16,432 nt of DNA from Verrucomicrobiales bacterium (GTDB lineage: Bacteria > Verrucomicrobiota > Verrucomicrobiia > Verrucomicrobiales > SLCJ01), in contig JBJTQJ010000039.1 in NCBI GenBank assembly GCA_046075565.1, forward strand, positions 1 through 16,432, in the 5' to 3' direction. Below, one piece after another: positions 7,068 to 14,993 of the stretch. The notes beneath the pieces are model-generated. The model was not told the origin of the DNA and ran no database searches. It was given only the letters and a program-made list of their open reading frames with translations. The translations under genes were made by a program, and so were the position numbers. Each line of letters opens with the position of its first letter. Position 1 is the first letter of the stretch.

Positions 7068-7141
7068 GTTGGAGTTCGGGCTTAAGCCCGTCCGGCGCAT
7101 CAGGCGCAGGGGCTTGACGGGCTGAAAGCCCGAACTCCAAC
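7068..7141. repeat. REP doublet (REPIN-like) forming a long hairpin
   Basis: Left arm GTTGGAGTTCGGGCTTAAGCCCGTC (7068-7092) and right arm GACGGGCTGAAAGCCCGAACTCCAAC (7116-7141) are near-perfect inverted copies. Each arm has a GGAG head followed by an internal CGGGCT..AGCCCG palindrome. Confidence 0.85.
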
Positions 7142-7285
7142 ATCAGCACGTCACCAATGGGAGGTGGAGACGATGGGGGAGAAGAGATGACGAGGACCCA
7201 GCATTTTCTGGAGGCTCCGGCGGCCAGGCTGCCGGCGATCTCGGCGTATTAGAAATAACGAAGCATTTGCCACCATTGCTTGAAA

Positions 7286-10261
7286 TCACTTCAGCGAATT
7301 CAGGTAGGCGATCACGTCGGCGAATTCCCGCATGGTCAGGGTGTCCATGAGATGCGGGGTCATCAAGGTGGAGGCGGAGGTTTTGATGCTGGCGACATCC
7401 GCCGCCTTCAGCGTGGTGTTTGTGCCTGCGATGTCGCGGATGATCACCTCCGTGGCTCCTTTCTCGACCAAAGTGCCCTGCACGACGTTTCCATCCTTCA
7501 GGGTGACATCCACCCACGAGGGGGAGATGCCTGCGTCGGGTTTGAGGATTGCTTCCGCGATGGCTTCGCGATCGAGGCGGGCACCGATATGGTTCAGGTC
7601 GGGGCCGCGTTTGGGATCCGCCGCCCCCATGCTGTGGCAAGCGATGCAGGCCTGTGTCTTCATGAGTTCCGCACCTTTCTTCGGATTGCCCTTCATCTTG
7701 TCAAGGGCGAGCATGACATTTTCGATGGAGGTTTCACCGATGGTCTTCTCTTTCTTGCCGGCGACCTGCTCAACCGAGCTGATGCCTTCGAGGCCCATGC
7801 GGTTCAAGTTGGCGATGGCCGTGAGTTGCTCCTGACCGGCCAAGTCGGCGGCATCGAAGGCCTCACGGATAGCGGTTTCGATCGCGGGCGATTTTTCCCA
7901 TTTGATCGGCTTGTAGTAAGGACCGCGGGTGTCGGGTTGAGTGCCCCACCACCATGAGCCGTCGTAGGGTGCCTCGCGGGTATAAAGCCGCGCCAAAACC
8001 CCGAGAATGTCCACTTTCATTTGCGCGTCGGTGGTCGATGCGAGCGTGGAGAGCAATCCATCCACGACGGCGGGCTCATGCATGAGTTTCAGCGCCCAGA
8101 GTGCCCCGGAGCGGTTGGGTCCGTCGAGTGCGGCGAGGCAGGCGTCCACCGCCTTAAGCCGCACGAGAGCGTGCACGGCGACATGGGGGACGATGATCGG
8201 AGAGTTGGGAAGGGCATGGAATTCACCGGCTGGCTTTTTGCCTCCCGGGGGTTCGGAGAGAACCTTGAAGGATATCGCGGCATCTTCGCTCTTGGTGGCA
8301 CAAAGACCCACGGTGGCGGTGAAGCGTTGCGTGCCTGCGGGCAGCACGTAGTGAATCACCGAGCGCGGATGGATGCCGATCCCGAGTTTGTGGGGTTTGC
8401 CATCGGCGCGCGCGAGCGGGTAGCCGTCCGGAGCCTGGTTGATCGCGGGAATGCCTTTGTCCTGGATGGCGGATTTCCAATTTAGATAAGCGAGGGGAAC
8501 CTGTGTCCCATCGGCTTTGGTCAGCATGGGATCGAACCACCCGGCATGGCCACCGCTCTTGCCTTTCGACATATCTTCCACCACGAGGCAAAGGTTGGTC
8601 ACGCCGGTCAGGCTAATGTCGATTTCGGCGGATTTTTCTCCGGTGATCACTCCGCTGTCGAAGAGCGGGGGAGTGGAGGCAGCGAATGCTTCTTTGGGCG
8701 GGCCGGGTGAATCGCTAACGGAAAGAAGAACATCCGCCGCCTTCTTGTCGCCGATGCGGCCCAGGGAAACCGCTGCCGCCACTTTGACGCGCGGAGATCC
8801 ATATTTAAGTGCGGCGATAAACGGTTCGGTGGAAAGACCGGCCAGTTCGCTCAGGCGGTCGCTGAGGGCGCGCAAGGCGAATTCCTCCAGGGTTTTGTCC
8901 TTGGCAAGTTCCAGCAGGGCGGGTTGGGCGTCCTTGCCGAGGAGTTGCTTGTAGGTGAAAAGGGCGGCGACGCGGTTTTCGACTGGTTTTGTGGTGTCTT
9001 TGGCTGTTGCCAACACGGCTTCGGCCAGCGCCTTGTCACCGCGCGTGAGGATTTCCTGTTGGACCGCGAGGCGCGTGGTGGCGCTGGCGGTATCGAGACC
9101 CTTCACCAGCGCGTCGGCGGCGAGTATGGTGAGGTCGGGGAATGGCTTGTAAGTCCAACCCTGCGGCACAACGCGCTGCACGAATCCTCGTGCGGGGTTG
9201 CCTTTGTAGCCGGCGCCTTCCCACGCCGCGATGTATAATCTGCTCGAGCCGTCCACGTCGAGGTCGCTGGGCTGGGAAAGTCCGATGAATTCCTCCGCCT
9301 TTTGTTTGAAACTCGGGCCGTCCCTCGTGAGGCGGTGGATGAAGATCTGGTTGCGTCCCCAGTCCGCCATCATCGGTTGCTTGTTGTATTTCACGGGCCA
9401 ATTCGGCTCGTCCAAAAAGAGTGCGCCGGTTCCGGATCCGCCACCCAGATCCTGCAGCGCGGGAAGGATCTCTTCGGTGAAATTCTTGAACAGCACGGGA
9501 TAACCGTATTCGCCGGACTGGATGTGGTGGATGAAGCGCACGTTCCATCCGCCACCGTCGTTGGTATTGCCGCGGGTGTAGATGTTCATGAACGGATCGA
9601 TCGCCACGTCGTAGATGTTGCGCGTGCCGTGGGTGTAAACCTCCATATCGGTGCCGTCCGGGCGCACGCGGAGCACTCCGCCTCCCAGCATGGTCAATTT
9701 TGTCCCGTCTCTTCCTTCCGCATCGACGAAACCGAAGTCGCCGACCGCGATGTAGATCCAGCCGTCGATGCCCATGCGGACTCCGTTCGTCGTGTGATCC
9801 GCACCGCGGTCTTGGTTGTGTTTGGCCACCGAGATGTTCTTGATCAGGGTTTTCGGCGGGCCATCGGCAATGCCGTCGCGATCCTTGTCTTCGAGCACGG
9901 ACAAGTCCATGCCAGTCAGTTTTCCCGTATCGGCAGGGATGATGGTGTGGAGCACGTAAAGTTTATCTCCCATCGCGATCAACCCGCGCGGGTTGTCGAT
10001 ATTCGCGTAGATGGTGTGGGCCTCGGCGATTCCGTCATTGTCGTTGTCCACCAGCCGCACGATTCTCCCTTTGCCGGGGCCCTTGCCAAGCGAACCGAGC
10101 AGATCCACGCCCACATAGACTTCACCGTTGGCGGAAGCACTCAGGCAAGCGGGGGAGGGGGTGAGGTCGCTTGAGGAAAATTTGGTGAAACTGAGATCGG
10201 AGGGGTTGGCGGCGCAAACGGCGGGCAGGGCGAGGCAAAACGAGGTGATGAGGTTTTTCAT
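7286..10261 (-). CDS. PVC-type secreted protein: dehydrogenase-like beta-propeller, HEAT repeats, NPCBM-like domain and c-type cytochrome
   Basis: Probable start MKNLITSFCLALPAVCAA (signal peptide) at 10261, 991 aa. Propeller motifs DNDNDGIA, DHTTNG..GIDGWIYIAVGD, GTRN..D..DPF, TNDGGGW. HEAT-like helices. C-terminal CIACH (7634-7648), GPDL and distal LMTP. Confidence 0.88.
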   Translation of the reverse strand: MKNLITSFCLALPAVCAANPSDLSFTKFSSSDLTPSPACLSASANGEVYVGVDLLGSLGKGPGKGRIVRLVDNDNDGIAEAHTIYANIDNPRGLIAMGDKLYVLHTIIPADTGKLTGMDLSVLEDKDRDGIADGPPKTLIKNISVAKHNQDRGADHTTNGVRMGIDGWIYIAVGDFGFVDAEGRDGTKLTMLGGGVLRVRPDGTDMEVYTHGTRNIYDVAIDPFMNIYTRGNTNDGGGWNVRFIHHIQSGEYGYPVLFKNFTEEILPALQDLGGGSGTGALFLDEPNWPVKYNKQPMMADWGRNQIFIHRLTRDGPSFKQKAEEFIGLSQPSDLDVDGSSRLYIAAWEGAGYKGNPARGFVQRVVPQGWTYKPFPDLTILAADALVKGLDTASATTRLAVQQEILTRGDKALAEAVLATAKDTTKPVENRVAALFTYKQLLGKDAQPALLELAKDKTLEEFALRALSDRLSELAGLSTEPFIAALKYGSPRVKVAAAVSLGRIGDKKAADVLLSVSDSPGPPKEAFAASTPPLFDSGVITGEKSAEIDISLTGVTNLCLVVEDMSKGKSGGHAGWFDPMLTKADGTQVPLAYLNWKSAIQDKGIPAINQAPDGYPLARADGKPHKLGIGIHPRSVIHYVLPAGTQRFTATVGLCATKSEDAAISFKVLSEPPGGKKPAGEFHALPNSPIIVPHVAVHALVRLKAVDACLAALDGPNRSGALWALKLMHEPAVVDGLLSTLASTTDAQMKVDILGVLARLYTREAPYDGSWWWGTQPDTRGPYYKPIKWEKSPAIETAIREAFDAADLAGQEQLTAIANLNRMGLEGISSVEQVAGKKEKTIGETSIENVMLALDKMKGNPKKGAELMKTQACIACHSMGAADPKRGPDLNHIGARLDREAIAEAILKPDAGISPSWVDVTLKDGNVVQGTLVEKGATEVIIRDIAGTNTTLKAADVASIKTSASTLMTPHLMDTLTMREFADVIAYLNSLK

Positions 10262-10463
10262 GAGAAAATGCGTCGTTCGAGGAGGAAAAGCACGAGGAAG
10301 CTCTCCATACGCGGGCAAACGCGAAATCTCTCATCGAATCAGCGTTTTGGGATTCGGATCGCCGGCGCAAATTCTCCCGGTCGAATCATTCCCATTTTCC
10401 GCCCGTTTTCCCGCACTTTTCTTTTGACTGCCCGGTCCTGTCGGCCATGCTACGCGCGGATTC

Positions 10464-11954
10464 ATGTTTTCCCGATTGCTGGTCATTCTCGCCGCCCTTG
10501 TCGCCATCGTGGCGGCGCCGATTGCCATGCAGCCGGATGCCGACACGCTGGAGGAGAATGCCGATGCGCGCCTCATCATCATCACCCCGCACAACCAGAC
10601 CATCCGGCGCGCTTTCTCCGAGGCCTTCGCCCGCCACATGAAGGCCAAGGACGGGCGGAATGCTTACATCGACTGGCGGGTTCCCGGCGGGACCTCCGAA
10701 GTGCGCCGCATGCTCGATAGCGAGTTTGCCGCCGCCGCCGATCGCGGACGCGACGGCATCGGTTTCGATCTTTTCTTTGGGGGAGGGGCCTACGATTTTG
10801 ATGTCCAGGCGGACAAAAACCAGCTTCTCCCGTTGCGGATTTTCACCGATCAACCGGAGCTTTTCCGTGACGGCGTCATACCCACTTCTTTCTCCGGGGA
10901 AAAATACTACCATCCCCGTGGGTTGTGGATCGGAGTCTGCCTTTCGTCGTTCGGCATAGTATATAACAAGGAAACCTACACCCGTCTCGGCATCACCGAA
11001 ACGCCGACCAAATGGGAAGATCTCGCCGACCCTCGCCTGGCCGGTCAGATTGCCCTCTCCGATCCGACCAAGTCCGGTTCGGTGAACAAGGCCTTTGAGA
11101 TGCTCGTGCAGGAACAAATGCAACTCGCCCTCGCGGCCGTGCCCGCCGACGCGCCGGATCCCGCCCGCGCCAAATCCCAGGCCATCCAACGCGGATGGAT
11201 ACGCGGACTCCAACTCATCCAGCGCATCGGGGCGAATGCCCGGTATTTCACCGACAGCTCGGTGCAGATCCCGCTGGATGTCGCGCAGGGGAATGCCGCC
11301 GCCGGCATGTGCATCGATTTCTACGGACGCACCTACAATGAACAAGTGCGCCGCGCCGATGGCAACAGCCGCATTGAATACTTCACACCGGTCGGAGGAT
11401 CCTCGGTCAGTGTGGATCCGGTCGGTATCCTGCGTGGCGCGCCCAACCGCGAGTTGGCCGAGGAGTTCGTGCACTTCCTTCTCACGCCCGAAGCACAGCG
11501 GATCTGGAACCAACGCCCGGGCACGCCCGGCGCCCCGCCCAGTGCCTTGCGCCGCTTGCCCCTCCGCACGGATGTTTATACACCCGCGGACTTGGCGATT
11601 TACAGCGACCCCACCGCACTGCCTTACCAGAACACCGGCGGTTTCGTTTACAAACCCGAGTTGACCGAATCCGCCTTCAATGCCCTCGCCACCATCATCC
11701 AGTGCGCGTGCCTCGACTCCCACCACGAGTTGAAGGATGCCTGGGCCGCCCTTATCAAGGCCGGATTTCCCCCCCAGGCCACCGCCGCCTTCTCCGATGT
11801 CTCCATCGCCAGTTATGAAAACGCCACCGGGTTCATCCGCGAGACCTTGAAAGGGAAACGCCGGCTCGAGATCGTCGAGATGCAGAAACGTCTCGGCCAG
11901 AACTTCCGCGAAAACTACCGCCGCGCCATAAGCCTGGCCCGGGAAGGTCGCTAA
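10464..11954 (+). CDS. ABC transporter substrate-binding protein (Fe3+/thiamine/phosphonate class, AfuA/FbpA-like)
   Basis: N-terminal hydrophobic anchor, IIITPH, DLFFGGG, GIVYN, PTKWEDLADP, DPTKSGS, AEEFVHFLLTPEAQ; adjacent to a permease. The substrate cannot be determined from sequence. Confidence 0.85.
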   Translation: MFSRLLVILAALVAIVAAPIAMQPDADTLEENADARLIIITPHNQTIRRAFSEAFARHMKAKDGRNAYIDWRVPGGTSEVRRMLDSEFAAAADRGRDGIGFDLFFGGGAYDFDVQADKNQLLPLRIFTDQPELFRDGVIPTSFSGEKYYHPRGLWIGVCLSSFGIVYNKETYTRLGITETPTKWEDLADPRLAGQIALSDPTKSGSVNKAFEMLVQEQMQLALAAVPADAPDPARAKSQAIQRGWIRGLQLIQRIGANARYFTDSSVQIPLDVAQGNAAAGMCIDFYGRTYNEQVRRADGNSRIEYFTPVGGSSVSVDPVGILRGAPNRELAEEFVHFLLTPEAQRIWNQRPGTPGAPPSALRRLPLRTDVYTPADLAIYSDPTALPYQNTGGFVYKPELTESAFNALATIIQCACLDSHHELKDAWAALIKAGFPPQATAAFSDVSIASYENATGFIRETLKGKRRLEIVEMQKRLGQNFRENYRRAISLAREGR

Positions 11955-11975
11955 CAAACCCACTGCACCACCATC

Positions 11976-13670
11976 ATGTCACGGACATTCGCCATCGGGG
12001 TTTACGCGTTCACCACCATCTTCTGCCTGGTCTTTCTCGTCTATCCGATCGCCAACACGGTCAAGGAAGCCTTCGTCTCGCCCGAAGGGGGATTCTCCGT
12101 GGCCTTCCTCGTCCACGCGCTCACCAACCCGCTCTACCTCGAAGGTCTCGGCAATGCCTTTGCCCTCGCGGTCGCCAGCACCGCCCTCTCGTTCCTCATC
12201 GCCCTGCCGCTGGCCGTCGTTTCCGATCGATTTGTTTTCCCGCTCAAGGGCGTGATGGCCTCGCTCATCCTGATTCCGCTCATCTTGCCTCCATTCGTCG
12301 GGGCCATCGGCATAAAACAACTGCTCGGGGTGAATGGTGCGGTCAATGCCATGTTCACCTCCATCGGGCTCATGGACCCGCTGCATCCATTCGACTGGCT
12401 GGCCCGCGGGCGTTTCTGGGGCGTGGCCATCATGAACGCGCTGCACCTCTATCCCATCCTTTATTTGAACATCACTGCCGCGCTCGCCAACCTCGATCCC
12501 GCCATGGAGGAGGCGGCGGAAAACCTCGGGGCCAACCACTGGCGGCGGTTCCGCCGCATCACCCTGCCGCTCACCATGCCCGGCATCTTCGCCGGCGGCA
12601 CCATCGTCTTCATCTGGTCGTTCACCGAGCTGGGTGTGCCGCTCATTTTCGACTACACCCGGGTCACCCCGGTACAGATCTTCCATGGCATCAAGGAGCT
12701 GAGCGGCAATCCGTTCCCGTATGCCCTTGTGGTGATCCTGCTTGCCTGCACGACGCTCTTTTACGCCCTCAGCAAATGGACACTCGGGCGGGTGAATTTC
12801 AGCATGAACACGCGGGCGACCATGGCGAAAAGTTTCACCTCCTTGCGATCATGGCAAGGCTGGTGTGCGACCGGATTCTTCGCCTCCATCACCGCCCTCG
12901 CCGTGCTCCCGCACATCGGAGTCATCCTCATGTCCGTGGCTGGAGATTGGAATGGCAGCATCTTGCCGGAAAGTTTCACCGCCGCGCACTACCGTGAGGC
13001 CTTGGCCGATCCGCTGGTCGTGCCGTCGATCCGGAACTCGCTCTTCTACGCTTCCATCGCCACGATCATCGATGTCGTGCTTGGCATCGCCATCGCCTAT
13101 GTGGTGGTGCGCACAGATCTCAAAGGACGCCAGATCCTCGACGCCATGGCCATGCTCCCGCTGGCCGTGCCCGGTCTCGTGCTCGCCTTCGGTTATTTCG
13201 CCATGACCCGTGACGGTGAATTTTTCTCCTTCCTCCGCGCCGGCGACAACCCGACCCTCATTCTCATCATCGCCTACGCCACCCGGCGTTTGCCCTATGT
13301 CGTACGATCCGCCGCCGCCGGGTTCCAGCAGACGTCCGTCGCTTTGGAGGAAGCGGCCCGTAACCTCGGTTGCCCGCCGCTCAAGGCCCTGCGCAAGGTC
13401 ACGCTCCCGCTCATCGCCGCCAACCTCATCGCCGGGGCCCTGCTCGCCTTCTCCTTTGCCATGCTCGAGGTCTCCGACTCGCTGATCCTCGCCCAGCAAT
13501 CCGCCTACTATCCGATCACCAAGGCCATCTACCAGCTCTTCAACCAGCTCGGCAATGGCCACTTCCTCGCCTGCGCCCTCGGCGTCTGGGCCATGATTTT
13601 CCTCGCCACCACCATCGCGGGTGCATCGTCCGTGTTAGGAAAGAAACTCGGCGCCCTCTTCCGGATCTGA
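11976..13670 (+). CDS. ABC transporter permease with two fused transmembrane modules (FbpB/ThiP-like)
   Basis: 564 aa, hydrophobic, with two EAA loops (MEEAAENLGA and LEEAARNLGC), PLILPPFVGA and PLAVPGLVLAFGY. Confidence 0.92.
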   Translation: MSRTFAIGVYAFTTIFCLVFLVYPIANTVKEAFVSPEGGFSVAFLVHALTNPLYLEGLGNAFALAVASTALSFLIALPLAVVSDRFVFPLKGVMASLILIPLILPPFVGAIGIKQLLGVNGAVNAMFTSIGLMDPLHPFDWLARGRFWGVAIMNALHLYPILYLNITAALANLDPAMEEAAENLGANHWRRFRRITLPLTMPGIFAGGTIVFIWSFTELGVPLIFDYTRVTPVQIFHGIKELSGNPFPYALVVILLACTTLFYALSKWTLGRVNFSMNTRATMAKSFTSLRSWQGWCATGFFASITALAVLPHIGVILMSVAGDWNGSILPESFTAAHYREALADPLVVPSIRNSLFYASIATIIDVVLGIAIAYVVVRTDLKGRQILDAMAMLPLAVPGLVLAFGYFAMTRDGEFFSFLRAGDNPTLILIIAYATRRLPYVVRSAAAGFQQTSVALEEAARNLGCPPLKALRKVTLPLIAANLIAGALLAFSFAMLEVSDSLILAQQSAYYPITKAIYQLFNQLGNGHFLACALGVWAMIFLATTIAGASSVLGKKLGALFRI

Positions 13671-13699
13671 GCGGGAGATTCGGTTCTCCGCATTCTCCT

Positions 13700-13731
13700 C
13701 CATCCGTGCCCATCCGTGAAATCTGTGGTTT
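13700..13731. repeat. Short ATCCGTG-type triple repeat between convergent genes
   Basis: ATCCGTG at 13702 and 13712, ATCTGTG at 13721 (CCATCCGTGCCCATCCGTGAAATCTGTGG). Confidence 0.65.
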
Positions 13732-13771
13732 TCATGTTCCCTTCAAGGATGAAGGTGCCGAATGGCGGCGT

Positions 13772-14857
13772 TCAACTTCGCATCCCGCTTTCAAGGGGAG
13801 CCGGGCCGATGGTTCCGCCGGAGACAAGTTCCGCCGGGGTATCGGTCTGGCGCAGGTCTATTTTCCCTTTGCCGATGTTTTCCACCCATCTCACCATCCG
13901 GCGCACCAATGGCCGGCTCTCCCAACGAATGTGGGCAATCGTCGGATAACACCACGCGAAATCCGGACTCTGATCCAGGCAGAGCAACGAGACATCTTTG
14001 GGCGAAGCGAGCCCGCGCTGGGAGAGAAACTGCTGCACCGCGAACAAGAGGGGAGATTCATCGAGAAGCAGCGCCGTCGGCGGGTTCGTATCGAACAATT
14101 GCTCGAGGCGGGCATGGAAACCCTCAGGCGTCTCCTCCCAGTGTGGAAGGTGGTATTGTGCGCCGATCAGACCGTTTGACCTCAGTTCGTCGAGAAACAT
14201 CTGTTCCACCAGCCCCGGCTTTGGGAAAAGGCGCCGCGGGCGTGTCATCAGCACGATCCGACGGTGCCCGAGGGCGAGCAGTTGCCTTGTCGCCGCCAGC
14301 AAGGCCGGTCCTTTGTCCGGACCGGCGCTGGCCATGCGCTTTTCCCTCCGCCTTCCGAAGAGCGCGAAGGCCGGCTTCTCCTGCGCCGCGAACCAATCGA
14401 GAATTTCGCTCGACCCGGCGGTCACCACCCAGGCGTCCGCCTTGGTTCGCTTGACCATCCGGATGATCCGGTCCACATCCATGCCAAGTTCCTCCATCGT
14501 AATCGGGGCGGCCATCGTCGTGTGCCCGATGCCGCCAAGTTCATTCCTCGTCTCGATGATGTAATCGAGGAAATGGTTGGCCGGCTCGCTGAGCAGGAAC
14601 CCCACCCGGAGGCTGGAACTCTCCCGGCGGTCGGATGCCGTGGCGACGAGGCGACCGCGCCGCCTGCCCCGATTGACCAGCCAGCCCTCCTTTTCGAGCA
14701 GGACCAACGCCGCCTCCGCCGTGTTGCAGCCGATTCCCAACTCGGCCGCCAGCTTGTCTCCGCCCGGCATCGACCCCCTCCAGACCCCCCGCAGGATCTC
14801 CCTCCGCAGATGCTCCGCCACCTGCTCGGCCGCCGTGGAAGTCCGGAAATTCAACAT
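13772..14857 (-). CDS. Transcriptional regulator: GntR-type winged HTH plus LacI-type substrate-binding domain
   Basis: AEQVAEHLRREILRGVW..MPGGDKLAAELGIG.NTAEAAL..LEKEGWL (GntR HTH); LLALGHRRI, PPTALL and PKDVSLLC (LacI/periplasmic-binding fold). Confidence 0.88.
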   Translation of the reverse strand: MLNFRTSTAAEQVAEHLRREILRGVWRGSMPGGDKLAAELGIGCNTAEAALVLLEKEGWLVNRGRRRGRLVATASDRRESSSLRVGFLLSEPANHFLDYIIETRNELGGIGHTTMAAPITMEELGMDVDRIIRMVKRTKADAWVVTAGSSEILDWFAAQEKPAFALFGRRREKRMASAGPDKGPALLAATRQLLALGHRRIVLMTRPRRLFPKPGLVEQMFLDELRSNGLIGAQYHLPHWEETPEGFHARLEQLFDTNPPTALLLDESPLLFAVQQFLSQRGLASPKDVSLLCLDQSPDFAWCYPTIAHIRWESRPLVRRMVRWVENIGKGKIDLRQTDTPAELVSGGTIGPAPLESGMRS

Positions 14858-14993
14858 GCCCGAAATCTACCTGATACGGAAGGTAGTAGTCAAGAACAAA
14901 TTTTTCTTGCTCTATTTGCTTGATAGTGGTAAAACTTACTTTGGTACTTTATATTGCCGCTTCCTCATTTCCTTGTAGACCTCCAATCACACC
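14858..14993. promoter_or_regulatory. AT-rich divergent promoter region with candidate operators
   Basis: Minus strand TTGACT (14893-14888), 18 nt, TAGATT (14869-14864), 6 nt, ATG 14857. Inverted repeats CTACCT-N8-AGGTAG (14867-14886) and CAAGAA-N7-TTCTTG (14891-14909). Confidence 0.6.

Noticed and set aside
10262-10318. Upstream start of the 1010-aa ORF
   Set aside because: The signal peptide begins at MKNLITS (10261); the extra 19 residues look like an in-frame extension.
10424-10451. Promoter TTGACT-N16-CATGCT for the ABC operon
   Set aside because: The -35 is good but the -10 is poor, too weak to call.
10386-11963. 525-aa minus-strand ORF
   Set aside because: Antisense shadow of the ABC binding protein, caused by high-GC codon bias; no motifs.
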